The notes under the pieces were generated by a model. That model was given only the letters and a program-made list of their open reading frames with translations, ran no database searches and was not told the DNA's origin. Of a stretch of DNA of 64,000 nt, positions 27,977 to 38,850 are shown piece by piece (within the stretch, counting starts at the first letter, position 1; each line of letters starts with the position of its first letter). The position numbers were made by a program, and so were the translations under genes. Source of the DNA: a virus (Duplodnaviria; Caudoviricetes); IMG/VR virus record IMGVR_UViG_3300017917_001910, positions 51,253 through 115,252 of that record. One strand, 5' to 3'.

Positions 27977-29611
27977 TTATAACAACCATGAAATATTTTC
28001 ATCTTGCTTTCCAACTTTCATTGTCCATGGATTTTGTTGTGGTGAATGTGATGATCTAGAATATACAGGTGCAGATTTTCCTATTAAGCCTACTGTCTTT
28101 CTGTGAAGATCTAATCCTTGTTGACGTAATCTTAAAGCAGTATCTCTAACCCAAAGTGCAATAGATAATGACATTACTAAGTCATCATTATATCCATATT
28201 GAGCTTCTGGTCTAGACCCATTCCAAATAAAGTTTTGAAGTTCGTTAATTGTTCGTTTACAATGAATAATAGGAGCTTTATCTCTCATATACTCTACTAG
28301 TTTAGATATGATTAATGGTCTATTTTTTACTGTTTGAGAAAATCCTGGAGTCATTTTAGATTTAGTTGCTAAATCATACCCAGATGCCATTTGTTGTTGA
28401 ATATCTACTACTGTTAAATCTGCACTGCTATAAAATAAATTTCCATATCCTCTATCAATAGCCGGTTGTATTGCGGCCCATCCAATATTCGAATTTTCTA
28501 TTACTAATAAAGCATCGTTATATTCAGTTGCAACTGCTACTAATAAATTTCCATAATCTCTAGGATCTAATTTTCCTTTATATGTAGCGCATTGCTCAAC
28601 GGTTTCAATATCAATAATATGAAATGAAGAATAGTCAGATGCATCACCACGAGAAACGTCAGCTACAACCATATATGATTTAGTTACGTCAGGATATTTC
28701 CATACCCACATATTTCCGTCAAATCCGCGTCTTTCTATAGGATCATATAATAATCCAGATTCTTCCCAATACCATTTTAAAATTGTAGGCTCGATAACTG
28801 TATTACCAGATGTCGTAAAGTCGCAATCACACTCCTGAGCTGCTAATTTTTCTCCTAATTCTGCTGATTGAGCATCTCTCCAGGTTTGATCTCTGTCTGG
28901 GTGTACTGTCCAATGTAATTTAATAGTATGAAAGTTATTATCTCCTTCTTCTGCTCTTTGCCACATTCTGTGGAAAAAGTTACCCATACCATTAGGAGTA
29001 GATAACATAATACATTTACCACCCGTCGCCATCGTTTGTTGCAAACCACCCCAAAGTTCTTCAATTGTATTAGAATCAATAAACGCAGCCTCATCTATAA
29101 TAAGTAATGATACTGCTTCAGAACGACCTGCAGATACTGATGTAGAAGACGCTTTTACTTGAGACCCGTTAGATAATCGTAATGATAATTTATTATCTTC
29201 TGTTGATTGAGCATTTTGCTTTAACCAACTAGGTAAATTATCATACATAACTCTTACCTTAGTTACTAAGTTTCTAGCTACTTCTTGACGCGTTGCAATA
29301 GTTAAGCAGTTTTTATCTTCATGAAAGACCATTAACCATAATGTATATCCTGCAGATAAAGTAGAAATACCTAACTGACGAGACTTTAAAATAATATTTC
29401 TATCATTATCTCTAAAATCATATAAGCACTGCTCTTGAAAAGGATAAAGATCAAAAAGCATTTTGCCTTTCATTGGATGTTGAATATAACAATACTTACG
29501 CATAAAGTATACGGGGTCTTTTGCGCATTTTTTATATTCCTCCCTTATAATATCCTTTACATTTTGTGGAGTTTGAACAACTTTATTTTGATAATCGCTT
29601 ACATCAACCAT
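27977..29611 (-). CDS. Terminase large subunit (T4 gp17-like)
   Basis: KSRQLGIST Walker A, IIDEAAF Walker B, STPNG, ADVSRG..DYS and DDLVMS motifs. Confidence 0.97.
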   Translation of the reverse strand: MVDVSDYQNKVVQTPQNVKDIIREEYKKCAKDPVYFMRKYCYIQHPMKGKMLFDLYPFQEQCLYDFRDNDRNIILKSRQLGISTLSAGYTLWLMVFHEDKNCLTIATRQEVARNLVTKVRVMYDNLPSWLKQNAQSTEDNKLSLRLSNGSQVKASSTSVSAGRSEAVSLLIIDEAAFIDSNTIEELWGGLQQTMATGGKCIMLSTPNGMGNFFHRMWQRAEEGDNNFHTIKLHWTVHPDRDQTWRDAQSAELGEKLAAQECDCDFTTSGNTVIEPTILKWYWEESGLLYDPIERRGFDGNMWVWKYPDVTKSYMVVADVSRGDASDYSSFHIIDIETVEQCATYKGKLDPRDYGNLLVAVATEYNDALLVIENSNIGWAAIQPAIDRGYGNLFYSSADLTVVDIQQQMASGYDLATKSKMTPGFSQTVKNRPLIISKLVEYMRDKAPIIHCKRTINELQNFIWNGSRPEAQYGYNDDLVMSLSIALWVRDTALRLRQQGLDLHRKTVGLIGKSAPVYSRSSHSPQQNPWTMKVGKQDENISWLL

Positions 29612-29612
29612 A

Positions 29613-29987
29613 TTAGAATAATTTAAATAATAACATTGTTAATATTGCGCCAGAAGAAAACATTATCGGTGGCTTTTCATACCACTTTGGTTTTACTGAT
29701 TCGTAAATCTTTTTCCAATCTTTTACATTTTCTTCTAAGTTGGTAATTTGAGCCTTTTGGCTAATAATAGTAATACTATCTAACTCTAATGCTGTTTTAA
29801 AATCTATACATTGAGCTTTGTATTCTTCCATTAATTGGGTATGAATAGAGTCTTTATGTTCTAATACTCTAATATTATTGTAAATATTTATAATCTTTCT
29901 TTTAGAAAAGCATGTATCTGGTACTTGCGCGTTTGCATTTATAGCTAAACCCATACATAAGATTATAAAAAATATTAATTTTTTCAT
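29613..29987 (-). CDS. Exported coiled-coil protein with a C-terminal TM segment (spanin-like candidate)
   Basis: Signal peptide ending ANA|Q, coiled coil, hydrophobic C-terminus. Confidence 0.5.
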   Translation of the reverse strand: MKKLIFFIILCMGLAINANAQVPDTCFSKRKIINIYNNIRVLEHKDSIHTQLMEEYKAQCIDFKTALELDSITIISQKAQITNLEENVKDWKKIYESVKPKWYEKPPIMFSSGAILTMLLFKLF

Positions 29988-29989
29988 TG

Positions 29990-30313
29990 TTAATTTAATT
30001 GTTTATTTCCAAATGCTCGTAAAAATATTACTGCATTTGCTAAACTTGTATCGTATGTCGGTACTGAGTTTAATGATTCTTGTAAATTATTAATAGTTGT
30101 AGTTCTATTGTCAATTCTATTTGTTACTTCTACTTTCTTAACTGCAATACTATCTAATTTTTTTGAGATGCTATCGTTTTGAGCTTCTCTCAATTCAATA
30201 TTATGCTGTAATTGAATTACATTTGTATTTAAGTTTGTTATGTAATACTTAATATAAAAGAAAATTACAATAAAAACAAGTATATAAATAATATTAAGTA
30301 TTGATGATTTCAT
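29990..30313 (-). CDS. Membrane-anchored coiled-coil protein (i-spanin-like candidate)
   Basis: N-terminal TM helix plus coiled coil. Confidence 0.5.
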   Translation of the reverse strand: MKSSILNIIYILVFIVIFFYIKYYITNLNTNVIQLQHNIELREAQNDSISKKLDSIAVKKVEVTNRIDNRTTTINNLQESLNSVPTYDTSLANAVIFLRAFGNKQLN

Positions 30314-30902
30314 TTATTGGTTCTCCTAATAATTGAGACTTTACTTTTTGAAAATCTTTTTCTAATAATTCTTCTAATTCTTGTTCCTTACCTTTCCAAG
30401 GCGAGTCCCATTTTTCAACAGTGCCATCGGAATTAACAAATTCTGCTTTAGTTAAAAGCTCTTTAATAGCACCCATTTCTGCTCTTGCATCTATTAACCA
30501 AGCTTCGATGTTTTTTCTCATTAAATCCTTTTCATATTGTTCATATGTACCATTAAGTCTATGATCATGTTCCATATCAATAACACAATCAAAGCACATT
30601 TTATGAACTTTCCACATTTTCTTGTTATATTGATTATCTTTCATTTCATTATTACATTTAGGGCATGTATTAGGCATCTTTAATGCTTTAATTGCTGCCA
30701 TAACTGCTTCTAATGCCTTTGCTGAACTAACCTTATAACCGTCCTTTTGTTCCCATTGAACTCCGTTATTATCAATCCACTTATCTCCAACATTTCTATC
30801 TTCTTCTTTAGATTGATATCCAACTGTTGTTTTGTTTTGAGACTTATGCGTTCCCGAGAGCATTTGATTTATCGCTCTAATGTTTTGTAATTTTTTTGCC
30901 AT
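30294..30902 (-). CDS. Hypothetical zinc-finger protein
   Basis: CPKC...HKMCFDC. Confidence 0.65.
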   Translation of the reverse strand: MAKKLQNIRAINQMLSGTHKSQNKTTVGYQSKEEDRNVGDKWIDNNGVQWEQKDGYKVSSAKALEAVMAAIKALKMPNTCPKCNNEMKDNQYNKKMWKVHKMCFDCVIDMEHDHRLNGTYEQYEKDLMRKNIEAWLIDARAEMGAIKELLTKAEFVNSDGTVEKWDSPWKGKEQELEELLEKDFQKVKSQLLGEPINEIINT

Positions 30903-30916
30903 AACCTTTTATATAA

Positions 30917-32674
30917 TTATTTTCTAAATTGACTTTCCATGCCTTTTATAATAAATGAGCCAGTTATCTTAAATACATCTGGATATAATCCTCTTACTAC
31001 AATACCCTCTTGATCTTTACTATCTCCCAGATCTGAAGTAATTGATTCTAATACCTCATCACCTAAAAGCATTGTAGATAAGTAAATAAAATATCCATCA
31101 ATTGCTGCTTTATAATCTGCAGGATCTTTTACTATTTCATTAATATTATTATTTCCTGATAACCTCATTAATATTTCTTTAGATACTGCACCAACTGTTT
31201 TATCATCTATTAAAGTTACTTTTTGACCACTAGGTATTGTTTGAATTTCATCTAACCATTGTTTTAATGATTTAGATTCTTTTTTACCATTAATGATAAT
31301 AGTATGTTTTTGATTTAATACTGAACTTAAATTTGCTGGTTTAGATGGTCTAGTAGTAAATTCATGTACCACTTCAAATCCAGATTTTTCTGCAATTGGA
31401 TTCATTTTTGCTACTAAAGATTCTAAAGCTTTTTTATTATATGAAATTTCTTTTGATTCTCTTCTTTTTGGTGTAGCTTGAAATAATTCTAATAATCCAT
31501 GAATAGCTAAAAAGTTTTTAGCATATGATAATACGTTAGTACTTCCAGCAACATATTCGACATTAAACATTATATTTGGATTATCCCACATACCTAATGC
31601 TTTTAATTCTTGTTGAATGCTAGGTAATGAATCATTAAAAATATCTAATACTTTACCACCTGTTTGAATAAACCCATGTCCTTCTCCGAATCTATCTAAT
31701 AAATCTGCTTTAGTAATTCCTTTAACATCTAAAGGTTTCATTGAGCCTCTATCTAAAACAAATTGTCTTTGACCATCTAAAGTAACTAATCTAACAGATG
31801 CATTTACTCCGTCAATTTTTATTGCTGCTGGGTTTGTAGTTAGGTATGTAGCAGAGTCTTCAAAAACATTAATTAAATCTTTACCAGAATTTACTTGAGG
31901 TAAATCAAAAGGGTGTTTCATATGACCGGCTGCACCTCCTTCATTAATAGGTACGCAATTAGGAACTTGCTTCTTTCCCTTTTTCTTCATACCTATCTGC
32001 TTATATCCATCCCAACAATCTTCTTGAAGTAGTTTATTTAACCACCAATCTTTACTAAATTTTTCGGTCATTTTATTTTCTAATTTATCAAATATATAGT
32101 TAGCCATTTTTTCTGAATACCAACCAAATATTGCTTGAAATAATTCTTTTTTCTCTTCTCTTGTTTTTGTAGTATCTCCTAATACCTTTCTTATTTCTGT
32201 CCCAGACATTTCTCCATATCCAGGAACCTTTAAAGAAATATGCGGAGCAGTAATTAAATATCCATGTTTAGATAATGGCTCTAAGTTATTTTCATTTCCT
32301 TTATAGTTTTGAAAAAAGCTAGGACTTCCGTCTTTTTTAGGACCTATTTTAAATCTAGGGTCTTCTCCCATATCTTTTTCTCCAACCATAAATACTACCG
32401 AGGTAGTTTCCGGGTCAAATTGGCTATATAGTTCTGCGGGACTGTACGGATTCTTTACTTCAATAATATGTGATGGGTCAATACCATATAGTTCAATAAT
32501 GGCTTTCTTTTCGTTAAAATTAAAAGGAGATTTTTCTGGGTCTACTTTATTTGATGTTACGATATAAGAGTTATCTTTCCCGAATTTATTTTGAAGCCAC
32601 ATAAATGCAGCTGCATGATGTTTTCCGAAAGGCTGAAATCTCCCGGGGTATATTGCTATTACTTTATTTTTCAT
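30917..32674 (-). CDS. Cytidyltransferase-like (HIGH-family) domain fused to a KxDG ligase/nucleotidyltransferase-like domain
   Basis: YPGRFQPFGKHH and MSGTEIRK in the N-terminal domain; GHMKHPFD...KIDG...NVEY...EGIVV in the C-terminal domain. Confidence 0.65.
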   Translation of the reverse strand: MKNKVIAIYPGRFQPFGKHHAAAFMWLQNKFGKDNSYIVTSNKVDPEKSPFNFNEKKAIIELYGIDPSHIIEVKNPYSPAELYSQFDPETTSVVFMVGEKDMGEDPRFKIGPKKDGSPSFFQNYKGNENNLEPLSKHGYLITAPHISLKVPGYGEMSGTEIRKVLGDTTKTREEKKELFQAIFGWYSEKMANYIFDKLENKMTEKFSKDWWLNKLLQEDCWDGYKQIGMKKKGKKQVPNCVPINEGGAAGHMKHPFDLPQVNSGKDLINVFEDSATYLTTNPAAIKIDGVNASVRLVTLDGQRQFVLDRGSMKPLDVKGITKADLLDRFGEGHGFIQTGGKVLDIFNDSLPSIQQELKALGMWDNPNIMFNVEYVAGSTNVLSYAKNFLAIHGLLELFQATPKRRESKEISYNKKALESLVAKMNPIAEKSGFEVVHEFTTRPSKPANLSSVLNQKHTIIINGKKESKSLKQWLDEIQTIPSGQKVTLIDDKTVGAVSKEILMRLSGNNNINEIVKDPADYKAAIDGYFIYLSTMLLGDEVLESITSDLGDSKDQEGIVVRGLYPDVFKITGSFIIKGMESQFRK

Positions 32675-32686
32675 ATATTATAAATA

Positions 32687-35644
32687 TTAATTTGCTAAAA
32701 GATGCACATTAGATACTCTAACCGTATATACATTCCCGCTAGTAACAGTTGCTACTATTTTTACAGCCGTTATTGAGCTTATATCTGTAGAGAATGTTAT
32801 ATCAGATGGATCTCCTAAGGATGTAATAACGCTGTATGAATCTAAAACACCGCTACTATCAGTTTTTAGTGCTATACTAAAACGAACAAGTTCTAAACGT
32901 GTAGGATCGCCTTCATCTGTTATCATCATATCTCCAAATGCTCCTATATACTTATCTCCATTAAATTGATATAGTGTAGACGGGCTGCCATTTTGAATAC
33001 CAGTAATTTTAATATTACTAATAATAGCAGGATTTTCACCTGTAAATTCTAAAGAACCGCTTATTGTTTGATTTCCACTAAATGTATTACCACCAACAAG
33101 ATTTGCTTTACCTGCTATACTATCAATAGCTGATTGTACACTAGATGTATATGTATTAAATGACGATGTAGTTGTAAATGAGCCTGTTTTATTGTTTATG
33201 CTACTCGTAAAACTATTAAATGATGATGTTGTTACAAATGATCCTGTTTTATTATTAATGGAACTTGTAAAACTATTAAATGATGAAGTAGTTGTGAAAG
33301 AACTTGATATTGCATTAAATGCATCAACAGTTTGAATTTTAGTCCAAGTAGGATAATTAGTTTCAAATAAATTATAAGTAAACCACATATTACTTTCATC
33401 AGATAGTGTAGCAAAATATCCACCATCTATATCTCGTCTACCTATAACATTATAAGCTAAATATCCACTAGCTTCAGACGGAATTCCCGTAGAGCCAGCT
33501 TTAACTACAAATTCTTGATATCCAGAAGGTTTTGAATACGCTAATGAAGATGTAAAAGCTTTACCTCCTGGGTAACCGCTAGTCGTTCCTAAATTAGTAT
33601 CTCTAATAGAAGATGTAAATGTATTAATGCTATTTATAGTACTATTAATACTAGAAGTATATGTATTAAATGAACTAGTTGTTACAAATGAGCCAGTATC
33701 TACAGACGTACCTCCCGTTGCGCCAGATACACTCCCGCTTATTTGTATTTGACCTCCTACTGTTGCCTTTATATAATGATTATATGGTGCGCCTGTTTCA
33801 AAATAAAATCCAGACCCTGGTTGGCTACTTCCACTTATTGTTTGACTTCCAGACCACATTACCCATCCAGTGCTATTATTATAAGTCGTAACTTGATTAT
33901 TTTGCCCGTCTAAATGAATACCTTGTTGTAATGAATTTCCTAGACGCATACATCCAGGTATTAAATTATCACAACCACTTATAAATTGATTACTTCCAGA
34001 TACTTGTATATTTGAAGACCCCGCATTATCAAATTCATAACTATTGATTTGATTGTTATCATCAATAAAATCTACTTTAAAATCATATACATCGTTACGA
34101 TTTTTTACGTTAATTGGAAAATATGAATTAAAGTTTGAAGGATTAAATCCTTGATCAACTCCAGATTTTAAAGAAATATCGCTTATATAAAAACTGCCCG
34201 TTATTATTTTAAACTGCAATCTTCCAGTACCTGTTTGCGGAGCTAAAAAATCAATAGGAAAGTTTAAATATGAAGGGCCAAAGTTTGAAGAATCTAAATA
34301 AAATACTCTTTGACCGTTACCCTCTTTATTTATAAAGGCAGAGCCAGACATATATACTTCTAATATAAAGTTTGTATCCTTTACATAGTTAAAATATAAT
34401 CTGTATGAAGATCCTTTTTGGAAATTAATATCTACATTACTTGTAAATAACACATTATTTAATGTAGTATCTACTAAAGGAGTTAAGTATAATGAATTAA
34501 ATAAACTAGATGTATTAAATGAAGCAGATAAGTATGTATTATTATAGTTCCAGAAACTTTGAAATGAAGATGTATTTAAAAAATATCCTACATTACTTCT
34601 ATCAAATTGTGTATATGAAGCACTATTAATTAATAATTCATTATCTATTGTTTGTGATTCTCCTAATAATTCATATTGGTCTAAACTACCTTGGCTCTTT
34701 CCGTATAATTTTATATATTTTAAGTAACCTGATGCTGGGTCTAAATTAGATATCTTTAAATTTATAAATGATTTAAAGTTATTTATAGGAGTATAATTCG
34801 GTGTTGGATTATATGTTAATGTATAATTTACATTTGCATTATTAACTAATCCAAACGAAGGAGATGAACCTTGACCAAGTATAGATGCTGTCCATGGAAT
34901 ATTTAAAATAGCTACTTGTGAATTATAAATATTAGATATTCTAGAATTAAATATATTAAAACTAGATGTTGTATATCCACTAAAATCAGGTAAAATTGAT
35001 GACCCAGTTAATATTAATGTTCCATTAAGCATATCATTTGTAAATGATTGAGCTTGAGGTAATTCTAATAATGGATAAGATTGTTGATAACGATAAATTC
35101 CACTGCCTGATACTGTTATTGTATCTAATGGACTTAAACTTCTGCTAACATAAGCCGTTCTTGCTTCTGATATTGAAATAGAAGGGTATTGAGAAAATAA
35201 TATTCTGCTTGTATTTTTTTGGAATCGATTAAAATCTACTATCGTAGTATAACGAACGTTATATTTATTTTGAAATTCGCTAGGAATAGGTTCTCCATTT
35301 AATCCTGTCTTTGCATGGCCTATAAAGGTTATTCGTAAAGGCCCATTAGAAATATTATCATAAAGAAATACAGTTAATACTCTAATATTTTCTTCATCTC
35401 TTTGAAAATATTCTGGGGCTTCATGATATACAGTATTTCCATATGAATCAATAATCTCAACATCTACGTTATTGTAAATGTCAAGATTATTTTCGTTTAA
35501 ATTAAATCTAATTGAGTTTTTACCAGGCCCAAATACTTTAGGTATATCTACAATATTAAAATAGTAAGGAGAATTTTGTAAAGTATCTTCAATATATACT
35601 GGAAGCTGGTCTAAACCTCTATAAAACAGTTCTTTTCTGTACAT
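32687..35644 (-). CDS. Large virion / tail-fibre-like protein
   Basis: S/T-rich; 20-aa SFTTTSSFNSFTSSINNKTG repeats. Confidence 0.65.
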   Translation of the reverse strand: MYRKELFYRGLDQLPVYIEDTLQNSPYYFNIVDIPKVFGPGKNSIRFNLNENNLDIYNNVDVEIIDSYGNTVYHEAPEYFQRDEENIRVLTVFLYDNISNGPLRITFIGHAKTGLNGEPIPSEFQNKYNVRYTTIVDFNRFQKNTSRILFSQYPSISISEARTAYVSRSLSPLDTITVSGSGIYRYQQSYPLLELPQAQSFTNDMLNGTLILTGSSILPDFSGYTTSSFNIFNSRISNIYNSQVAILNIPWTASILGQGSSPSFGLVNNANVNYTLTYNPTPNYTPINNFKSFINLKISNLDPASGYLKYIKLYGKSQGSLDQYELLGESQTIDNELLINSASYTQFDRSNVGYFLNTSSFQSFWNYNNTYLSASFNTSSLFNSLYLTPLVDTTLNNVLFTSNVDINFQKGSSYRLYFNYVKDTNFILEVYMSGSAFINKEGNGQRVFYLDSSNFGPSYLNFPIDFLAPQTGTGRLQFKIITGSFYISDISLKSGVDQGFNPSNFNSYFPINVKNRNDVYDFKVDFIDDNNQINSYEFDNAGSSNIQVSGSNQFISGCDNLIPGCMRLGNSLQQGIHLDGQNNQVTTYNNSTGWVMWSGSQTISGSSQPGSGFYFETGAPYNHYIKATVGGQIQISGSVSGATGGTSVDTGSFVTTSSFNTYTSSINSTINSINTFTSSIRDTNLGTTSGYPGGKAFTSSLAYSKPSGYQEFVVKAGSTGIPSEASGYLAYNVIGRRDIDGGYFATLSDESNMWFTYNLFETNYPTWTKIQTVDAFNAISSSFTTTSSFNSFTSSINNKTGSFVTTSSFNSFTSSINNKTGSFTTTSSFNTYTSSVQSAIDSIAGKANLVGGNTFSGNQTISGSLEFTGENPAIISNIKITGIQNGSPSTLYQFNGDKYIGAFGDMMITDEGDPTRLELVRFSIALKTDSSGVLDSYSVITSLGDPSDITFSTDISSITAVKIVATVTSGNVYTVRVSNVHLLAN
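33150..33300. repeat. Tandem ~60-bp coding repeats
   Basis: Recurring attaaatga.ga.gt.gtt units, with related copies near 33660-33690 and 14890-14925. Confidence 0.7.
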
Positions 35645-35673
35645 TATATGATATTTCTATACATATAATTATG

Positions 35674-38600
35674 TTACATAATGGAAACTTTAGAAAATCC
35701 TTGCTCTTTTTTAATATCTATAAAATGTTCCACCATATCTCTCATAACATCTATATGAGAAATAATCATCATAAAATCAAATTGTGTCTTAAGATAATTA
35801 AACAATAAATATACTTGATTCATATTTTCCGAATCTAGTTGCGTAAATCCTTCATCAATAGCAATAAAATTTGGCTTAGGTAAATTAGTGATACTAATTA
35901 ATGAATTTCTTATTGCTAATGAACTAATAAATCTTTCCATTCCAGATGTTAATTCTAATGGCCAATAATTGTCATCGTCATAAACAATATATGCATTAAT
36001 ATTTTTTTCATCTGTTTGAAGCATAATATTAAAATCTACTAATTGCCCTAATACATTATTAATTTCCGTTTCAATTTGAGGCATTACCTTACAAATTAAA
36101 TCATATGGAATTCCGTTACGATTCGTTGCAGATAAATACAATTCATAAAATTTATATTCACGTTCTAATGATCTAAGTTTTTCAATACTATTTAAAGCAT
36201 TAGTTTTATTTTGTTTTTGTAATTCAATGCCAGTTATTAATTTAGACATTTGAGAATTAATAATACTTAGTTCAGATTTATATTGACCTAACTCTTCTTT
36301 AATACGATTAATTTCTTCCGTAAATGATAAGTTATATTCAATAGCTTCTTTATTTTCATTATACTTTGCAATGCTATCAACAGATTCTTTCTTTAAACTT
36401 TCCGCTGCTGCATATCCAACTTTCTTTTGACTTGAAGTTAATTCTAAAGAAGATTTTTTATTTTTAATTTCTTGAATTTCTTTCTTAATATCATTAACTT
36501 CTAAATTTTGAAGAGTATATTGTTCTAAACCACTTATTGCAATTTCAAGAGATTCTTGTTTCTTTAATAAATCTTTAATTTCATTTTCATGAAAAGACAA
36601 CGTTTCTTTAGTTTGAATAGCATCTTTTACAAATACATTATTCATACAAAATGTACAATTTTGGTCATATTCTAAATCTTCTAGTTTTTTCATTTTGTCT
36701 AGAATATGAGAATGTTGTACTTCTTTAACTTTTATATCAGATAGCAGTTTTTTATGTTGCTCGTCATACGATTTTAATTGATCTAACGCACTTTCAATCG
36801 CATCCATATTAAAAGTATTTAATCTATCTGTTAGGGGCTGTATACGCTCATCTAAATTGCTAATTTCATTAGATATATCGGTTATCTCAGATAAAAGTCT
36901 TTCAGATTTTTGGGTTGCTACATCTAAATCAATTTGCAGTTTATTTAAGTCATAACTTACACCTGATAATGGAATAATTTGCTGAGCAATATCTAATAAA
37001 GAAGCTTCATTCTTTGTTATACTTTCTTCTAATATCAAACGTTTACCATCTAATTCTTTATGAGATTTTTCGTTTTCTTTTATAATAGATTCTGCTTCAG
37101 AAATACGACTACCAAAGTCTTGTTTTTGTAAATCTTTTAAAAGAGCATGTACATCTTTAATTTCTTCTGCTGCAATTTTTTGTAAATCATCAAAAATGTT
37201 AATATCCAAAAACTGCGATAATAAATCTTTACGTTCTTTTTGAGTCATTTCAATAAAGCCAGTATTATTATTTTGAGCAATTACTGAGGTTAAGATAAAG
37301 TCCTTATATGTCCCTAAATATGTTCTAATAATAGCATTTGTTTCATCACGCTCTTGCCCGTTTAATGAAACTACTTGACCAGCATCATCTAATGTATAAA
37401 AACTAACAGTTACTCTAACATGTCCAGATTTTTGTTTTGCTCCGGAACGTTCAATAAAGTATTTTTTATTGTTAATTTCTATTTCTAATTTACAAGAAAA
37501 TGAATCTTTTTTATTATTTAAAACATAAGCTGCTTTATCTGTTTTTGTAGACTTATCAAAAATACAATATAATAATGAATCTAATAACGAACTTTTACCA
37601 CTTCTGTTAGAAGCGAATAGTCCATAAATTCCGTTCATTTGACTAAAATCTATAACATTATTTTCTCCGTAACTAAACATATTTGAAAATTCAAATTTCA
37701 TAAGATTATATGTTATATTTTTAGGAATATCCGCACTTTGTAGTTTAGAGTTAATTATCCTGTTAATATGACGTACACCATCTAAAATTTCATCTTCATC
37801 AATATCTAAACGATTTGTTAAATAATCTGTTAGTATTGTATTTTGATATTCTACATCTCTAACATTACCTAAAGATATTTTTGTTGTATTAGAATTATCT
37901 TTATGAAAGTCCTTTACCTTTTGCGTTACGATATCTTGAACATTATATTTAGATTTTAAATCTACTATAATTGTTTTTATTTGAGAAGATGTCGTATTTT
38001 GTATTTTTAATTTAATTCTAGGTTTTTTTGGAAATTTTGCTGGGTATGATGTTATTATACCATTACTAACTTCTAAAGTAACATATCCATAATCATTTTC
38101 TATTTCTACAAACTTTGATTCTTTAGTATTAACATCCCATATCATTAAGCCGTGAAAATCTAAAGTCTCTCCAAAATTTTGTTGAATAAGACTAGAAGCA
38201 TACGCAATAGTTTTGTCAGAGTTTAAGTATTGAAATTTATGTATATCTCCTAATAATGTAATTGCATGGTTTGCAAATGTCTCAGTATTTACGTGGTCAT
38301 TTGTTAATTGAAATCCAACAGCCGTAGAAGCTTGATTTACTGCACCATGATGAAGAGCAATTTTAATTTTGTCATTTGGTATATCTATTCCTTTAATAAA
38401 TGTTACTGGTCTATCAGCTACACCCATTACATTAAAGTATACATTACCTAATTCATAAACACCGGTATTTTTTAAATAAAATAAATTAGGGTGATTAAGA
38501 GCATTAATAATAGGCTCTAACGCATCTAATCTAGTTTTATTGTTTAAATTCATATCATGGTTACCGGTAATTACAATTGTATCTGTAATATCTGCTAATG

Positions 38601-38850
38601 ATCTGAAAAAGTCTTGAATCAAATTAATTTGCTCCGGAGACATATCTGTCTTAGAATGAGCAATATCGCCAGCTACATAAATAATTGTATTTGGATTATT
38701 AGATTTAAAGTTTTTACAATAATCATATAATCTAGAAAATACTGTACGATATTCTTCATGTCGCTTTTGTAAACGAATATGAATATCTGCAATATGAATA
38801 ATATATTGAATATTACTTATTTTATTATTTATTTTATGAATTTTAATCAT
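35674..38850 (-). CDS. Fused SbcD/Mre11 nuclease - SbcC/Rad50 ATPase (T4 gp47-gp46-like)
   Basis: ADIH, GD, GNHD and GDIH phosphoesterase motifs; NRSGKSS Walker A, CTFC hook, TSGME signature, IAIDEGF, ISH. Confidence 0.92.
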   Translation of the reverse strand: MIKIHKINNKISNIQYIIHIADIHIRLQKRHEEYRTVFSRLYDYCKNFKSNNPNTIIYVAGDIAHSKTDMSPEQINLIQDFFRSLADITDTIVITGNHDMNLNNKTRLDALEPIINALNHPNLFYLKNTGVYELGNVYFNVMGVADRPVTFIKGIDIPNDKIKIALHHGAVNQASTAVGFQLTNDHVNTETFANHAITLLGDIHKFQYLNSDKTIAYASSLIQQNFGETLDFHGLMIWDVNTKESKFVEIENDYGYVTLEVSNGIITSYPAKFPKKPRIKLKIQNTTSSQIKTIIVDLKSKYNVQDIVTQKVKDFHKDNSNTTKISLGNVRDVEYQNTILTDYLTNRLDIDEDEILDGVRHINRIINSKLQSADIPKNITYNLMKFEFSNMFSYGENNVIDFSQMNGIYGLFASNRSGKSSLLDSLLYCIFDKSTKTDKAAYVLNNKKDSFSCKLEIEINNKKYFIERSGAKQKSGHVRVTVSFYTLDDAGQVVSLNGQERDETNAIIRTYLGTYKDFILTSVIAQNNNTGFIEMTQKERKDLLSQFLDINIFDDLQKIAAEEIKDVHALLKDLQKQDFGSRISEAESIIKENEKSHKELDGKRLILEESITKNEASLLDIAQQIIPLSGVSYDLNKLQIDLDVATQKSERLLSEITDISNEISNLDERIQPLTDRLNTFNMDAIESALDQLKSYDEQHKKLLSDIKVKEVQHSHILDKMKKLEDLEYDQNCTFCMNNVFVKDAIQTKETLSFHENEIKDLLKKQESLEIAISGLEQYTLQNLEVNDIKKEIQEIKNKKSSLELTSSQKKVGYAAAESLKKESVDSIAKYNENKEAIEYNLSFTEEINRIKEELGQYKSELSIINSQMSKLITGIELQKQNKTNALNSIEKLRSLEREYKFYELYLSATNRNGIPYDLICKVMPQIETEINNVLGQLVDFNIMLQTDEKNINAYIVYDDDNYWPLELTSGMERFISSLAIRNSLISITNLPKPNFIAIDEGFTQLDSENMNQVYLLFNYLKTQFDFMMIISHIDVMRDMVEHFIDIKKEQGFSKVSIM

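Noticed and set aside
18561-29611. Introns or inteins in the capsid, portal or terminase genes
   Set aside because: The ORFs are continuous and of expected size, with no intein or homing-endonuclease motifs.
33150-33300. Repeats as a CRISPR array or DGR template
   Set aside because: They are in-frame coding repeats with degenerate third positions and no unique spacers, and no reverse transcriptase or cas gene is present in the window.
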